From assembly GCA_041658125.1 (NCBI GenBank), contig JBBAAS010000002.1, positions 8,951 to 72,950 of the forward strand: a stretch of 64,000 bases of DNA, written 5' to 3'. This document shows, piece by piece, positions 38,428 through 48,512 of this stretch. Within the stretch, counting starts at the first letter, position 1. Each line of letters begins with the position of its first letter. The notes beneath the pieces were generated by a model. That model was not told the origin of the DNA. It did not search any database and saw only the letters and a list, made by a program, of their open reading frames with translations. The position numbers and the translations under genes were made by a program. The DNA is from Candidatus Shapirobacteria bacterium (lineage in GTDB: Bacteria > Patescibacteriota > Microgenomatia > UBA12405).

Positions 38428-40209
38428 ATGAACGATAAAGACAGTAAAAAATGGAACCTCGACGATGTACTGCCGATGAGTCAATTTGATAATTTTTATC
38501 AGGAAATTGAGAGGAATATTGAGGAAATAGATAAATGGTGGAATAAACTTGGACCGGAAATGGAAAAAAAGGATTTCGGAGAATTGATTGAATTTACCGA
38601 AAACTTGGGAGAGAAAATAACAAGAATAGTGGATTTACCATACTTGATGGAGGCGGCTGATGAAAAGGATAAAACAGCAAAACTATTGAAGACTAAGGCT
38701 AACGACTTGGCAATTAAGTGTCAAGAGAAAACCAGAAAAATTAATCATTGGTTAAGAGGGCTGGAAGTAGAAGGCAAAAAAAGACTGGACGACAAAAATG
38801 CTAAAAGATTGTTTGCGGCGATAACGGATTTGGAATATGGCTTGAGCCGGATGAGAGAAGCGGCGAAACATACTTTGAGTCAAAAAGAAGAGAATGTTGT
38901 CACCAATAAAGACGTAAATGGCATTGAGACATTGAAGGATTTGAGAGAAATAATTGAAGCCGAATTTGAATATGAGCTGAAGATAGAAGGTAAAGAAATC
39001 AGGGTCATAAAGACCCAATCAGAACTTTTAGCCTTAACCCACTCGGTTGATAAGGAGGAAAGAAAGGCGGCTTATGAGGCATTGTTAAAAAAACAAAAAG
39101 ACAATCTTGATAAGTTGTTTTTGGTGTATCAGGCGGCAGTAAAGGACTGGGGGTATGAAGCTAAAATAAGAGGATTTAAGTCGCCGATAACGGTGAGAAA
39201 TTTTGCCAACGATATCGAAGATAAGGCGGTAGAAACGATGATGGCGGTGTGTCAAGAAAAAAAGGAAATATTTCTAAAATATTTTGAGTGGAAGGCAAAG
39301 AAGTTAGGAGTGAAAAAACTGACAAGGTTTGATCTTTATGCACCGATAGAAACGAAAACAAATCAGGTAATGAGCTACGAAAAGGCTAAGGAGTTGGTCT
39401 TGTCGACCTTGGATGAATTTTCAGCCGATTTTAAAAGACTGGCAGAAAAAGTAATTGAAGAAAAACATGTTGACGTGGAACCAAGGGTTAATAAAAGAAG
39501 CGGAGCTTTTTGCGCGACAATCGGACCAAAAATTACGCCATACATACTGCTAAACCATACCGGAACAATCCGGGATGTGTATACCCTGGCCCACGAATTG
39601 GGGCATGCAGTTCACTCACTTTTAGCCAATAAACATTGGCCATCAGTCCAACAGGCCAATTTACCGCTGGCAGAGACAGCTTCGACATTGGCAGAAATGG
39701 TTTTATTTGAAAAAATACTAGAGAAGGAAAAAGATAAAAAAACAAAAACGGCAATGGTGAGCCAAAAAATTGATGATACTTACGCGACGACGTTAAGACA
39801 AATTTATTTTGTATTGTTTGAAATGAGAGCACACGAAGAGATTAAAAAAGGAATTACAGATGAAGGACTGGCAAAAATTTGGCTGGAAATGTTATCGGAG
39901 CAATTAGGAAAAAGTGTCGAGGTTGATCCCCTGTTTGCATATGAGTGGGGATATGTGTCGCACATAGTGGAATCGCCGTTTTATTGTTACGCCTATGCTT
40001 TTGGAGAATTGTTAACAATATCGTTATATGGAAGATATAAAAAAGAAGGAAAAGGATTTTTGCCAAAGATTGAGAAGTTGCTGGCGGCAGGAGGATCTAA
40101 AAGTCCAAACACAATTTTGAAGGAGGCGGGAGTGAATATAAATCAAAGAGCGTTTTGGGAGGAGGGCTTTGGAATAATAGAAAACTGGATAAAATTGTTA
40201 GACAATTAA
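38428..40209 (+). CDS. pepF: Oligoendopeptidase F (M3B peptidase)
   Basis: YTLAHELGHAVHS carries the HExxH motif. 593 aa. Confidence 0.8.
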   Translation: MNDKDSKKWNLDDVLPMSQFDNFYQEIERNIEEIDKWWNKLGPEMEKKDFGELIEFTENLGEKITRIVDLPYLMEAADEKDKTAKLLKTKANDLAIKCQEKTRKINHWLRGLEVEGKKRLDDKNAKRLFAAITDLEYGLSRMREAAKHTLSQKEENVVTNKDVNGIETLKDLREIIEAEFEYELKIEGKEIRVIKTQSELLALTHSVDKEERKAAYEALLKKQKDNLDKLFLVYQAAVKDWGYEAKIRGFKSPITVRNFANDIEDKAVETMMAVCQEKKEIFLKYFEWKAKKLGVKKLTRFDLYAPIETKTNQVMSYEKAKELVLSTLDEFSADFKRLAEKVIEEKHVDVEPRVNKRSGAFCATIGPKITPYILLNHTGTIRDVYTLAHELGHAVHSLLANKHWPSVQQANLPLAETASTLAEMVLFEKILEKEKDKKTKTAMVSQKIDDTYATTLRQIYFVLFEMRAHEEIKKGITDEGLAKIWLEMLSEQLGKSVEVDPLFAYEWGYVSHIVESPFYCYAYAFGELLTISLYGRYKKEGKGFLPKIEKLLAAGGSKSPNTILKEAGVNINQRAFWEEGFGIIENWIKLLDN

Positions 40210-40246
40210 CCGACATTCCTTAAGAGTAAGAGTATAATTTAGGGTC

Positions 40247-40927
40247 GTGACTAAAGGAAATCTAATAAGTTCGATGGACGAAGGGGTAAAGAAAAAACTG
40301 ATGACTTTTTTTGAAAACTACAAACTGGTAGGGTTCAAAAAGGGCCAAATAATTTTTCAGCCGGGAGATGAATTACACCAGGTAATGTTTGTAAAAAGCG
40401 GTTATGCCAGGATGTACTCGCTGACAAAAAATGGAAAAGAAATGACCTTGCCATTAATGCGACCATTGTTTTTTGCCTCAATGGTCTATGCTATGACAGG
40501 AATGGAAAACCATTGTTTTTTTGAAGCGATAAGCCCGACAGAGGTTTGGGTAGCACCGACAAGCGAATTAAATGATTTTTTGAAAAAAAATAAAAAAACT
40601 AAGGATGATTTGGTTAGGCTGGTGGTAAATGAATTTGTGGATATGACCTGTAACATGCAGCAGTTAATATCAAGCGACGCAGCGGCAAAATTAGCAAGAA
40701 TAATAGAAATTATTGCGGCGAGGTTCGGAGAAAATAAGGATGGCGGAGTATTAGTAAAATTCAACACGCCTCACCGATTGCTGGCCTCAATGACCGGATT
40801 GACGCGGGAGACAATAACCCTACAACTGATCAAAATGGAAAAAGAAGGGATAACCGAAAATAAAAATAAAAGGATTTTAGTGAAAGACTGGAAAAGATTG
40901 AAAGAAATGGCAGGAATAGAAAATTAA
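40247..40927 (+). CDS. Crp/Fnr-family transcriptional regulator
   Basis: cNMP-binding-like N-terminal domain and a C-terminal HTH (RLLASMTGLTRETITLQLIKMEKEGI). Confidence 0.7.
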   Translation: MTKGNLISSMDEGVKKKLMTFFENYKLVGFKKGQIIFQPGDELHQVMFVKSGYARMYSLTKNGKEMTLPLMRPLFFASMVYAMTGMENHCFFEAISPTEVWVAPTSELNDFLKKNKKTKDDLVRLVVNEFVDMTCNMQQLISSDAAAKLARIIEIIAARFGENKDGGVLVKFNTPHRLLASMTGLTRETITLQLIKMEKEGITENKNKRILVKDWKRLKEMAGIEN

Positions 40928-40954
40928 TTAATTATAGAGATTTTCTAACGAGAA

Positions 40955-41485
40955 CTATTCGCGGCAACAATCAAGAATTTTACCAATAACACCGGAGATT
41001 TTACCTAAAAAATCAGATTTTTTTAGCTCAACGGGTTGGTCTTGAGAGTTTTCTGCTACAAGACTTTTTGAATCCGACTTGACGATGCCAAGGTTAATCC
41101 CCCAAAAAAGATTGTAAAGATCATAGGATTTTTTGAAAAAATTGTCGGCCTTTTTTTGATCGCCCTGATGGAGAGCTTTGGTACCGACTTCAAAAAGACG
41201 CATGGAGGCGGCTAATAAATGCTTACTGGTGCACCAAACTTCACCTTCGGGATCTTTGACAATGAGCTTGAGAAGTTCTTTGCGCATTTCCCGGGTTTGA
41301 TGAAGGAGATCAAGATAGCTAGACTTGCCGGTTTTTTGAGAGGTGAAAAAAAGATGTTCTTCAATGGAAATTAAGTTCATGACGGCGATAGACAAATCTT
41401 CGTCGGAAGAAAGATCGAGCTTGTTGCCGGCTTCAGCCTGTTTAATTTTGGCCATGAATTTCTGAAGATCGGAGTTGGTGATCAT
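40955..41485 (-). CDS. Hypothetical protein
   Basis: 176-aa helical protein with no recognisable motif. Confidence 0.35.
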   Translation of the reverse strand: MITNSDLQKFMAKIKQAEAGNKLDLSSDEDLSIAVMNLISIEEHLFFTSQKTGKSSYLDLLHQTREMRKELLKLIVKDPEGEVWCTSKHLLAASMRLFEVGTKALHQGDQKKADNFFKKSYDLYNLFWGINLGIVKSDSKSLVAENSQDQPVELKKSDFLGKISGVIGKILDCCRE

Positions 41486-41504
41486 GAGGGTATTTTAGCA
41501 ATTA

Positions 41505-42008
41505 CTACAAACTAAAGCCGAATTTGAAAACGAGAGTGGCCAATAACAGCAAACCGACGGGAAAAATGACTTTGGCATAAAGGAAAAGAGCGCGGTGGTG
41601 ATTTTTGGCTTTGGTATCGGCATAAATAATGTTGCCGGCGATGACCGTGAGAAGACCGATGGTTTGGCCAAAAATGATTTTGTCAAAACCCAAAAGACGA
41701 TTGTCAACAACACCAAGTTGACCAGTAAATTGGAAATAAGCAAGAGTAGTTAAAAAGAGAATTAGAGAAAGAACAATCCGTTTTTTGAGAAATTTAATTT
41801 TGATTTTAGGGGCCAACCAATAAGCAATAACAGTGTTGAGACCAGAAATCCAAATAGAAACTAAAAGATCGTCAATACCGAGCTTTTTGGCTAAAAACAT
41901 TCCCCCACCAACAGTGACAATACAAACAGGGCATTGGGCGAACGTTGTTTGAACGTTAGTTAAAAAAAAGACAATGAAACTTAATAAGAGGAGAAAAACC
42001 GATGGCAT
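41505..42008 (-). CDS. Hypothetical membrane protein
   Basis: 167 aa with about 5 TM helices and a CPVC motif. Confidence 0.35.
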   Translation of the reverse strand: MPSVFLLLLSFIVFFLTNVQTTFAQCPVCIVTVGGGMFLAKKLGIDDLLVSIWISGLNTVIAYWLAPKIKIKFLKKRIVLSLILFLTTLAYFQFTGQLGVVDNRLLGFDKIIFGQTIGLLTVIAGNIIYADTKAKNHHRALFLYAKVIFPVGLLLLATLVFKFGFSL

Positions 42009-42072
42009 GAATTTGATTATATCTGATGAAAAATTAAGTGTTCCACCTGCTTTGTACTACAAGTGTAGTTGT

Positions 42073-42438
42073 TCACTTTTTATTTGTCAAGGGAGAGAAT
42101 TTTTTGGAGACAGACTGGAATCTTTCTATTACTAGATTACCATAAGATCCGTATAACCGGTTAAAGAGATCGTCAAGGCAACGGGAAGCAAAAACCTGTT
42201 TGGTTTCAACGGGTGAATAAAAATAAACCTTGCCTTCCTGGCGACGACGAAGAAGCTCTTTGTCGGTCATGCGCTTAAGAACGGTCATAATAGTGGTGTA
42301 GGCATGTTTTCCTTTCAGAAAAGAAAGGACATCGGAAGGCTTGAGGGGATCTTTTGAAGCCCAAAGAATTTCCATAACTTTTTGCTCAAGACCACCGAGA
42401 AGATGACATTTGACATTGCAGTGGCCGACACATTTCAT
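42073..42438 (-). CDS. BlaI/CopY-family repressor with Cys/His-rich N-terminal extension
   Basis: Core KVMEILW...HAYTTIMTVLKRMTDKELL...GKVYFYSP, preceded by MKCVGHCNVKCH. It is divergent from rubrerythrin. Confidence 0.65.
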   Translation of the reverse strand: MKCVGHCNVKCHLLGGLEQKVMEILWASKDPLKPSDVLSFLKGKHAYTTIMTVLKRMTDKELLRRRQEGKVYFYSPVETKQVFASRCLDDLFNRLYGSYGNLVIERFQSVSKKFSPLTNKK

Positions 42439-42492
42439 TACTACGATTGTAGCAGGAGGGAATATATTTTACCAGAGTGCTAAAATCTTGAT

Positions 42493-43053
42493 ATGACAAA
42501 AACACAACAAAACCTACTCAAAGCATTTGCTGGAGAGAGCCAAGCGAGGAACAAATACTTGGTATTTGCCAAAATGGCGAGAAAAGAAGGGATGGAGTGG
42601 ATAGCCAGAGTGTTTGAAGAAACGGCCGACAATGAAAGAGCCCATGCCCAAGAATTGTTTGAATTAATTTTAGGACCGGTAATAGTGACTGGAGAACTGG
42701 CAATTGCACCATTTAGCGATAAGACGGCAGAAAATTTGGTAACGGCGGCGGAGGGAGAAAAATTTGAATGGACAACAATGTATCCGGATTTTGAAAAAAT
42801 AGCCAAAGAAGAGGGAGAAGCAGGGCCGGAAAGGCTATTTAGAGAGTTAAAAGAAGTGGAGGAAAAACACGAAGAAAGATATTTGATATTGGCAAAAAAA
42901 GTAGCGGATAAAACGCTTTATACAGCCGAAACCGAAGTAGAGTGGAAATGCCTAAATTGCGGATATATTCACAAAGGAAGCACAGCGCCGACAAAATGTC
43001 CATTGTGCCAAAAAACGCAAGATTGGTATCAACAACTAGGACTTATCCGATAG
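42493..43053 (+). CDS. Rubrerythrin
   Basis: Ferritin-like diiron domain (QARNKY...ADNERAHAQE) plus a C-terminal rubredoxin-like CLNCGY...CPLCQ. Confidence 0.85.
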   Translation: MTKTQQNLLKAFAGESQARNKYLVFAKMARKEGMEWIARVFEETADNERAHAQELFELILGPVIVTGELAIAPFSDKTAENLVTAAEGEKFEWTTMYPDFEKIAKEEGEAGPERLFRELKEVEEKHEERYLILAKKVADKTLYTAETEVEWKCLNCGYIHKGSTAPTKCPLCQKTQDWYQQLGLIR

Positions 43054-44134
43054 CCTGAATTTTCAAAGGGGAAACAATTTGACCGGTTAGAGTCAAAGGA
43101 ATGGTGTCGAAACGATGGTCGTGGTGACGGGTAGCAAGAAGATATTTGCCGTCGTAAAGAGGAGTGGTAGTCTTGAAAAGACCAAGGATATTGGAACGTA
43201 AAACCCGAGACGGATGACCTTTGTCGTCCTGAATTTCGATAATGGCTTCTTCGATGATTTTGCCATCGGGAGTGGTAACCATACCGGCAATGATGTTGGG
43301 TTCAGTTGGAGTATTGGGCATGGGAATGTCACCAAATTTGGCTTTACCGGTGGCTTCTAATTTAACATGAGTAACGAGAGGAGCCGGTTTAAAAACAGCT
43401 TTTTTAACTGAAGTTAATTTTTGAAAAAGTTGATCGGAAACTGACGGCTTGGTATTAACAGTCGGAGAAGAGACGACAGAACTAGGTCGTGATAAGGGTG
43501 GAGCCGGTGAAATAATCTTTTCTTCGGGAGTTAGAAGAAATTCGTTGAGAGCTAGGATAAGATCCGGGTAATTTTTATAGAGAACGGCGTTGATGCCAAA
43601 TTTTTGAGCAGCGACGATATTGGACAACTTATCATCAACAAAAACGACTTCAAGCGGATTCCACCGACCGTGATTAAAAATAGCTTTATAAATAAAAGGC
43701 ATGGGTTTACGAAGTTGATACTCCCAAGAATAGATAGAATAGTCAAAAAGAGGACTGATCCATTTTTGGTAGAAAGGAGCAAGAAAATATTCAGCATTGG
43801 AGATACAGCCAATTGAAAATTTTTGGGAACGAAGATAGGCAATAAGGTCTACCAATGATTGGTTAAGATGTGACTTGAAAGCAGATTCATTGCTAAAAGC
43901 TTGATCGATTAGGGCGACAAGTGGCCGGGGATCAACCTTTGGATTGATGGTTTTGAACCAATCTTCAAGCTTAAGATGGCTAGTTTCAAACTGGGCATAG
44001 ACATCTAAATAGAGATTTTCGATTACTTCAGAGGTAATGCCAAGAGACTGGGCCCAAGAAGAACGAAGAATTTGAGAAAGCGGCTGATAGTTCCAAATAA
44101 CTTTACCTACATCAAAAACAATGGTTTTAACCAT
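43043..44134 (-). CDS. HAD-superfamily hydrolase fused to C-terminal beta-rich domain shared with ORF 49502-50365
   Basis: N-terminal FDVGKV is the HAD motif I. A Pro/Ser-rich linker follows. The C-terminal 115 aa are about 50 percent identical to the C-terminus of the 49502-50365 protein. Confidence 0.55.
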   Translation of the reverse strand: MVKTIVFDVGKVIWNYQPLSQILRSSWAQSLGITSEVIENLYLDVYAQFETSHLKLEDWFKTINPKVDPRPLVALIDQAFSNESAFKSHLNQSLVDLIAYLRSQKFSIGCISNAEYFLAPFYQKWISPLFDYSIYSWEYQLRKPMPFIYKAIFNHGRWNPLEVVFVDDKLSNIVAAQKFGINAVLYKNYPDLILALNEFLLTPEEKIISPAPPLSRPSSVVSSPTVNTKPSVSDQLFQKLTSVKKAVFKPAPLVTHVKLEATGKAKFGDIPMPNTPTEPNIIAGMVTTPDGKIIEEAIIEIQDDKGHPSRVLRSNILGLFKTTTPLYDGKYLLATRHHDHRFDTIPLTLTGQIVSPLKIQAIG

Positions 44135-44161
44135 GCAGTTTTATTATAGAGGATACTTTAG

Positions 44162-44545
44162 TTAAAGTCCGTGATAGAAGGAGTTCATTTTGGGTAAGAA
44201 AATAACTAAGGCAACGATAAAAGAAACAACGGCTAAAACTAAAACAGCGGCAGCAGCAAGATTGCGCATGTTGGTGGTGTCATCGTAACCAAGCTTGAAC
44301 TTGAGCTTGAGCATATCAGCGATATTTTCAATAGAAGAATTAATAAGCTCGGCAGAAAAAACTAAACCGATGCAAAGAATAATTATTAACCACTCAAAAG
44401 AAGAAAGATGAAAATAAAAACCGGCAAGAACTACCACAATGGTGGCCAGACAATGAACCTTGAGATTGCGCTCGGTGCGAAGACCATAAATAAGACCACG
44501 AAAAGCAAAAACAAAGCTACGAAGGAACTTTTTTAAAGAAATCAT
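44162..44545 (-). CDS. dgkA: Diacylglycerol/undecaprenol kinase
   Basis: 127 aa with three TM helices and the ELINSSIENIAD motif of prokaryotic DAGK. Confidence 0.7.
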   Translation of the reverse strand: MISLKKFLRSFVFAFRGLIYGLRTERNLKVHCLATIVVVLAGFYFHLSSFEWLIIILCIGLVFSAELINSSIENIADMLKLKFKLGYDDTTNMRNLAAAAVLVLAVVSFIVALVIFLPKMNSFYHGL

Positions 44546-44548
44546 TAT

Positions 44549-45379
44549 TTATCTTACTATTTTTTGACACTTGGGGCAAAAAAAAGTACCCCGGCCACCA
44601 AGCTTGATATATTTTATCGGAGTTTGACATTGAAGACATGGCTCCCTTTTTCGCTCATAGACCCGGAAATAAAACTGATTTGAACCAGATGAACCGTCGG
44701 GTTTCAGATAGCCATGGTCTTTGGCGGTAGAACCGCCAGCGAGAATGGATTGACGCATGATGGCAAGAAGAGAATGATAAAGCTTTAAGGCTTTGACGCG
44801 GGAAATTTTGTTAGCAGGAGACTCCGGATGAATTTTGGACAAAAAAAGAGAATCGTTGGCATAAATATTACCGATACCGGCAAACTTTGACTGGTCGAGA
44901 AGAACTGTTTTTACTGGACGGGAAGATGATTGAAGCTGAGAATGAAAATATTTTGGAGTAAATAAGGGATCCAAAACATCGAGACCAAGGTTTTTTTGAA
45001 ACTTGATAAGCTCTGCCGGGGTAAAAACCCGGGCCCAGCCGAATTTACGTTGGTCGTTAAAAAGTAATTTGCGGCCGTTGGAAAGGGTAAATATTAAACG
45101 AGCAGACCTGGCTGATGAAAGTGGGTGACCGAGAACGGTACCGGAATAGATAATTTGTCCGGTCATTTTGAGATGGAACAATAAAACTAAATTGTTTTTC
45201 AAAACTACCGAGAGTTGTTTGCCAAGGCGGGACAACTTGATAATTTTTTGGCCTTCGATAAGTTTGGGATTACCAATAAAAGATTTAGGGGTGAGAATTT
45301 TAAGACCAGAAATGGTTTGACCGATGATTTTTTTGGCTAAAAATTGATGAATGACTTCGACTTCAGGAAGTTCCGGCAT
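44549..45379 (-). CDS. fpg: Formamidopyrimidine-DNA glycosylase
   Basis: N-terminal MPELPEVEV and a C-terminal zinc finger CLQCQ...CPKCQ. Confidence 0.85.
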   Translation of the reverse strand: MPELPEVEVIHQFLAKKIIGQTISGLKILTPKSFIGNPKLIEGQKIIKLSRLGKQLSVVLKNNLVLLFHLKMTGQIIYSGTVLGHPLSSARSARLIFTLSNGRKLLFNDQRKFGWARVFTPAELIKFQKNLGLDVLDPLFTPKYFHSQLQSSSRPVKTVLLDQSKFAGIGNIYANDSLFLSKIHPESPANKISRVKALKLYHSLLAIMRQSILAGGSTAKDHGYLKPDGSSGSNQFYFRVYERKREPCLQCQTPIKYIKLGGRGTFFCPKCQKIVR

Positions 45380-45397
45380 GAGAGTATTATATCGGTC

Positions 45398-46333
45398 TTA
45401 TCGTGTATGTTCGAAATCGGTTAGGTCATCAAAGTCGACAGACGTTGTTTTGTTTTTGGAGAGACGGAAAATAGCAACCTTAGTATCGGCGAGACGGTCT
45501 TTGACTAAACTAATAGAGTTGAGAAAGACTTGAGTGGAGACAAGATAACTGGTGAGTAAAAAAACATCAGATATCTGTTTGTTGCCGACGATGACCGAAT
45601 AAACAAGGTAAATCAAGACCAGACTAAAAAAGACGACAGCAGTATTCTGAAGGCTAAACCATTCCCAAAAGCCATGGGCACAAAGCCGGTGATATTGTTT
45701 GAGAAGCTGAGAGGATTCAAGAGAGATGTCATTACTGCTTTGAAGTTTGCCGTAGTAATTTTCGATTTTTTTGTTTTGATCTTCTTTGATTTTGGCGTAA
45801 AGACCGGTAGTATATTCATCGGTAAAAAAATAGACCAGTATATAGGCTATTTGTAAAATAAAAACACGAAAATCCAAAAAAAAGACGAGGGTCGGAAGAT
45901 AAAAAAGGGAAACAAAACCGTCAATGCCCGGCTGATTGATAACTTCCATGGTCAAACGGGTAGCATCGGAAAAATTGCGGATGGTTTGGACAGCCTGATG
46001 ACGTTTTTTCTTGTCCTGAAGTTGAAGGTCTTGAGTAAAAAATTTCTGAATGTGGGATTCCGTTTTATAAATCAGATACTGAATCTTGTGGACGGACAAA
46101 AGACGAAGAAAATTGTCCAGAAGATAGAAAACAAAGGTAAGAAAAACTAAAAAATAAGTTCGATTGGGAGTACAGCTGGTTTCAAGGCAACGGATAATTT
46201 GAGAAAAAAGGTAAACAGCAAGAGGAGGAATTAAAACAGAAACGATGCGAATAAAAAACCAAAAGACAAATTGATTTTTTTCGTAAATCAGACGATAAAT
46301 ATATTTGATAGCTTCTCGGGTTTCACGGGTCAC
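45398..46333 (-). CDS. Polytopic membrane protein, possibly an ABC-exporter transmembrane domain without NBD
   Basis: 311 aa with six hydrophobic segments arranged like an ABC exporter TMD. No ATPase domain follows. The assignment is tentative. Confidence 0.3.
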   Translation of the reverse strand: MTRETREAIKYIYRLIYEKNQFVFWFFIRIVSVLIPPLAVYLFSQIIRCLETSCTPNRTYFLVFLTFVFYLLDNFLRLLSVHKIQYLIYKTESHIQKFFTQDLQLQDKKKRHQAVQTIRNFSDATRLTMEVINQPGIDGFVSLFYLPTLVFFLDFRVFILQIAYILVYFFTDEYTTGLYAKIKEDQNKKIENYYGKLQSSNDISLESSQLLKQYHRLCAHGFWEWFSLQNTAVVFFSLVLIYLVYSVIVGNKQISDVFLLTSYLVSTQVFLNSISLVKDRLADTKVAIFRLSKNKTTSVDFDDLTDFEHTR

Positions 46334-46392
46334 GAGTTAATTCTAAGTCAGGTAAGTTACTTAAGTAAAGATGATAGGATAAAATAGGTGTT

Positions 46393-47346
46393 ATGGATGA
46401 AGATATGAAAATATTTGACACGGTGATTATCGGTTCGGGACCAGCTGGGTTGACGGCGGCAATTTATACAGCCAGAGCTGATTTGAAAACCGTAGTAATA
46501 GCAGGAAACAGACCGGGAGGACAATGTACTATTACAACAGTAATGGATAATTTTCCCGGGTTTCCCGAAGGAATAGGCGGATTTAAGTTGGTGACAGACA
46601 TGCAAAAACAGGCGGTGCGCTTTGGGGCCGAGATTAAACAGGGAATAGTAAAAGAAATAAAAAACCAAGAGGAATTTGAAATTGTTTTGGAAAACGGAGA
46701 AATAATCACGACAAAATCGGTAGTACTAGCAACGGGAGCTCAAGCAAAATGGTTAGGACTACCAAAGGAAAAGGAATTAATCGGAAAAGGAGTGTCGGGG
46801 TGTGCCACGTGCGATGGAATGTTTTTTAGGGACAAAATTGTAGCCGTAATAGGCGGGGGAAATGTGGCTTGCCAGGAAGCGGTATTTTTAGCAAAATTTG
46901 CCAGAAAAGTTTATTTAATTCACCGAAGGGATCAACTTAGAGCCAGCGCCACCGAACAAAAAAGAGCTTTAGACGAGCCAAAAATTGAGCTGGTGTGGAA
47001 TAGCGAAGTAATAGAAATAATCGGCGAGTCGAAGGTTGAAAGTCTGAAAGTCAAAAACAATGTGACAGGCGAGGAAAAAATACTACCGGTCGACGGAATG
47101 TTTGTAGCTATCGGACATACGCCATCAACTGATTTTGTAAAAGGACTGGTAGAGTTGATGGAAGACGGACACGTAGTTATTGGCAAAAACAAAGAATTAC
47201 CAACAATGACGAGTGTGGAAGGAATTTTTGCGGCCGGAGACTGCGTTAATGAACATCATAAACAGGCGATAATTGCCGCCGGAGACGGAGCCAAAGCGGC
47301 GTTAGACCTGGAAAAATGGATAGGCAGAAGAGAGTGGAGAAATTAA
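46393..47346 (+). CDS. trxB: Thioredoxin reductase
   Basis: FAD motif GSGPAG, redox-active CATCDG, NADPH motif GGGNVA. Confidence 0.9.
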   Translation: MDEDMKIFDTVIIGSGPAGLTAAIYTARADLKTVVIAGNRPGGQCTITTVMDNFPGFPEGIGGFKLVTDMQKQAVRFGAEIKQGIVKEIKNQEEFEIVLENGEIITTKSVVLATGAQAKWLGLPKEKELIGKGVSGCATCDGMFFRDKIVAVIGGGNVACQEAVFLAKFARKVYLIHRRDQLRASATEQKRALDEPKIELVWNSEVIEIIGESKVESLKVKNNVTGEEKILPVDGMFVAIGHTPSTDFVKGLVELMEDGHVVIGKNKELPTMTSVEGIFAAGDCVNEHHKQAIIAAGDGAKAALDLEKWIGRREWRN

Positions 47347-48506
47347 AAAAGAGATGAAGTGAATTTTTTAATTTTTTGAACGAACTGATCACGGGAAAAG
47401 CGGACGGCGTTTTTTTGACAATCTTTTGGGTCAATTTTTAGTTTTTGGAGTTTTTGAATAGCAGTAGCACAAGAGGCGGGGGTGAGTTCGTCAAAAAGAA
47501 CACCGGTTTTATTATCGACAACAGTTTCTGTAATGCCCCCGCTTTTGTAGCCGACAACAGGACAGCCATAACCCTGAGCTTCGACAGAAACAATACCAAA
47601 ATCTTCCTGATCGGAACAGAAAAGATAGGCTTTGGCTTGAGAAAAGAGATCGGCTTTTTGTTCTTGAGTAACTTCACCTAAAAATTCAACTGTAAGGCCG
47701 GCGATTGATTTTAATTGGCTTTCAAAGCCAGCAAAATCACGACCAAAAATTTTGAGAGGTAATTTGAGTTGATTGCAGGCTTGGATAGCGATGTCATAGC
47801 GCTTGGCACGAGCTAATCTACCACCAGTCAGATAGAACCGCTCGCCTACCATTTTGCGGTGCTCACGCCCTTCGGAAGGAACCTCGGATGATTGCGCTCC
47901 GAAAATGGCAGGCTTCGCTATTTTAAAAATTTCGACAGGGGGGTTGATGACGATAGAATTGCGGCGATAGAATTTTTGAATACGGGCGGCGGTAGTGGAA
48001 GAGTTAGCGATGAATTGATCAACATTTTGGGCATATTTGAAATCGAGGAGCCGGAGAAAATGATTGGCAATTTGGGCCAGAGCGTTGAAAAAAGGATATT
48101 TTTTTAAATCACGAGCGGTGGGAAGACCGTAAAGATATCGAGGGGGAGTGTGGCAATAACAAATGAGTTTAGCGGATTGTTTGTTGACGGCATTAGGGAA
48201 ATAGGCGCCGGTAGCAGAGGAAATTATTAGGTCAAAGTTTTTAAAGTTCATAAAGTTAAAAGCCAGAGGAGAAAGAAGACGAAGGGGGCTGATAATTTTA
48301 TGAGCGAAAAGCAAATATTGAAAAAAACTGGGGTGAATGCGGCCCTGCCACTTTTTTTCAAGACGGGAACGGTGAGGACCAAAAGAAGCGGGGTGATAAA
48401 GGGCGGTATAGATAGGAGCATCCGGAAAAATGTCGGAAAGAGCTTCTAAAACAGATTCAGCCCCGCCGTATTCTTTGAGATAGTCATGAACTAAAGCGAT
48501 ACGCAT
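47343..48506 (-). CDS. Glycosyltransferase family 4
   Basis: EDFGIVSVEAQGYGCPVVGYKSGGITETV matches the GT4 signature (E-x7-E). Confidence 0.75.
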   Translation of the reverse strand: MRIALVHDYLKEYGGAESVLEALSDIFPDAPIYTALYHPASFGPHRSRLEKKWQGRIHPSFFQYLLFAHKIISPLRLLSPLAFNFMNFKNFDLIISSATGAYFPNAVNKQSAKLICYCHTPPRYLYGLPTARDLKKYPFFNALAQIANHFLRLLDFKYAQNVDQFIANSSTTAARIQKFYRRNSIVINPPVEIFKIAKPAIFGAQSSEVPSEGREHRKMVGERFYLTGGRLARAKRYDIAIQACNQLKLPLKIFGRDFAGFESQLKSIAGLTVEFLGEVTQEQKADLFSQAKAYLFCSDQEDFGIVSVEAQGYGCPVVGYKSGGITETVVDNKTGVLFDELTPASCATAIQKLQKLKIDPKDCQKNAVRFSRDQFVQKIKKFTSSLF

Positions 48507-48512
48507 ATAGGT

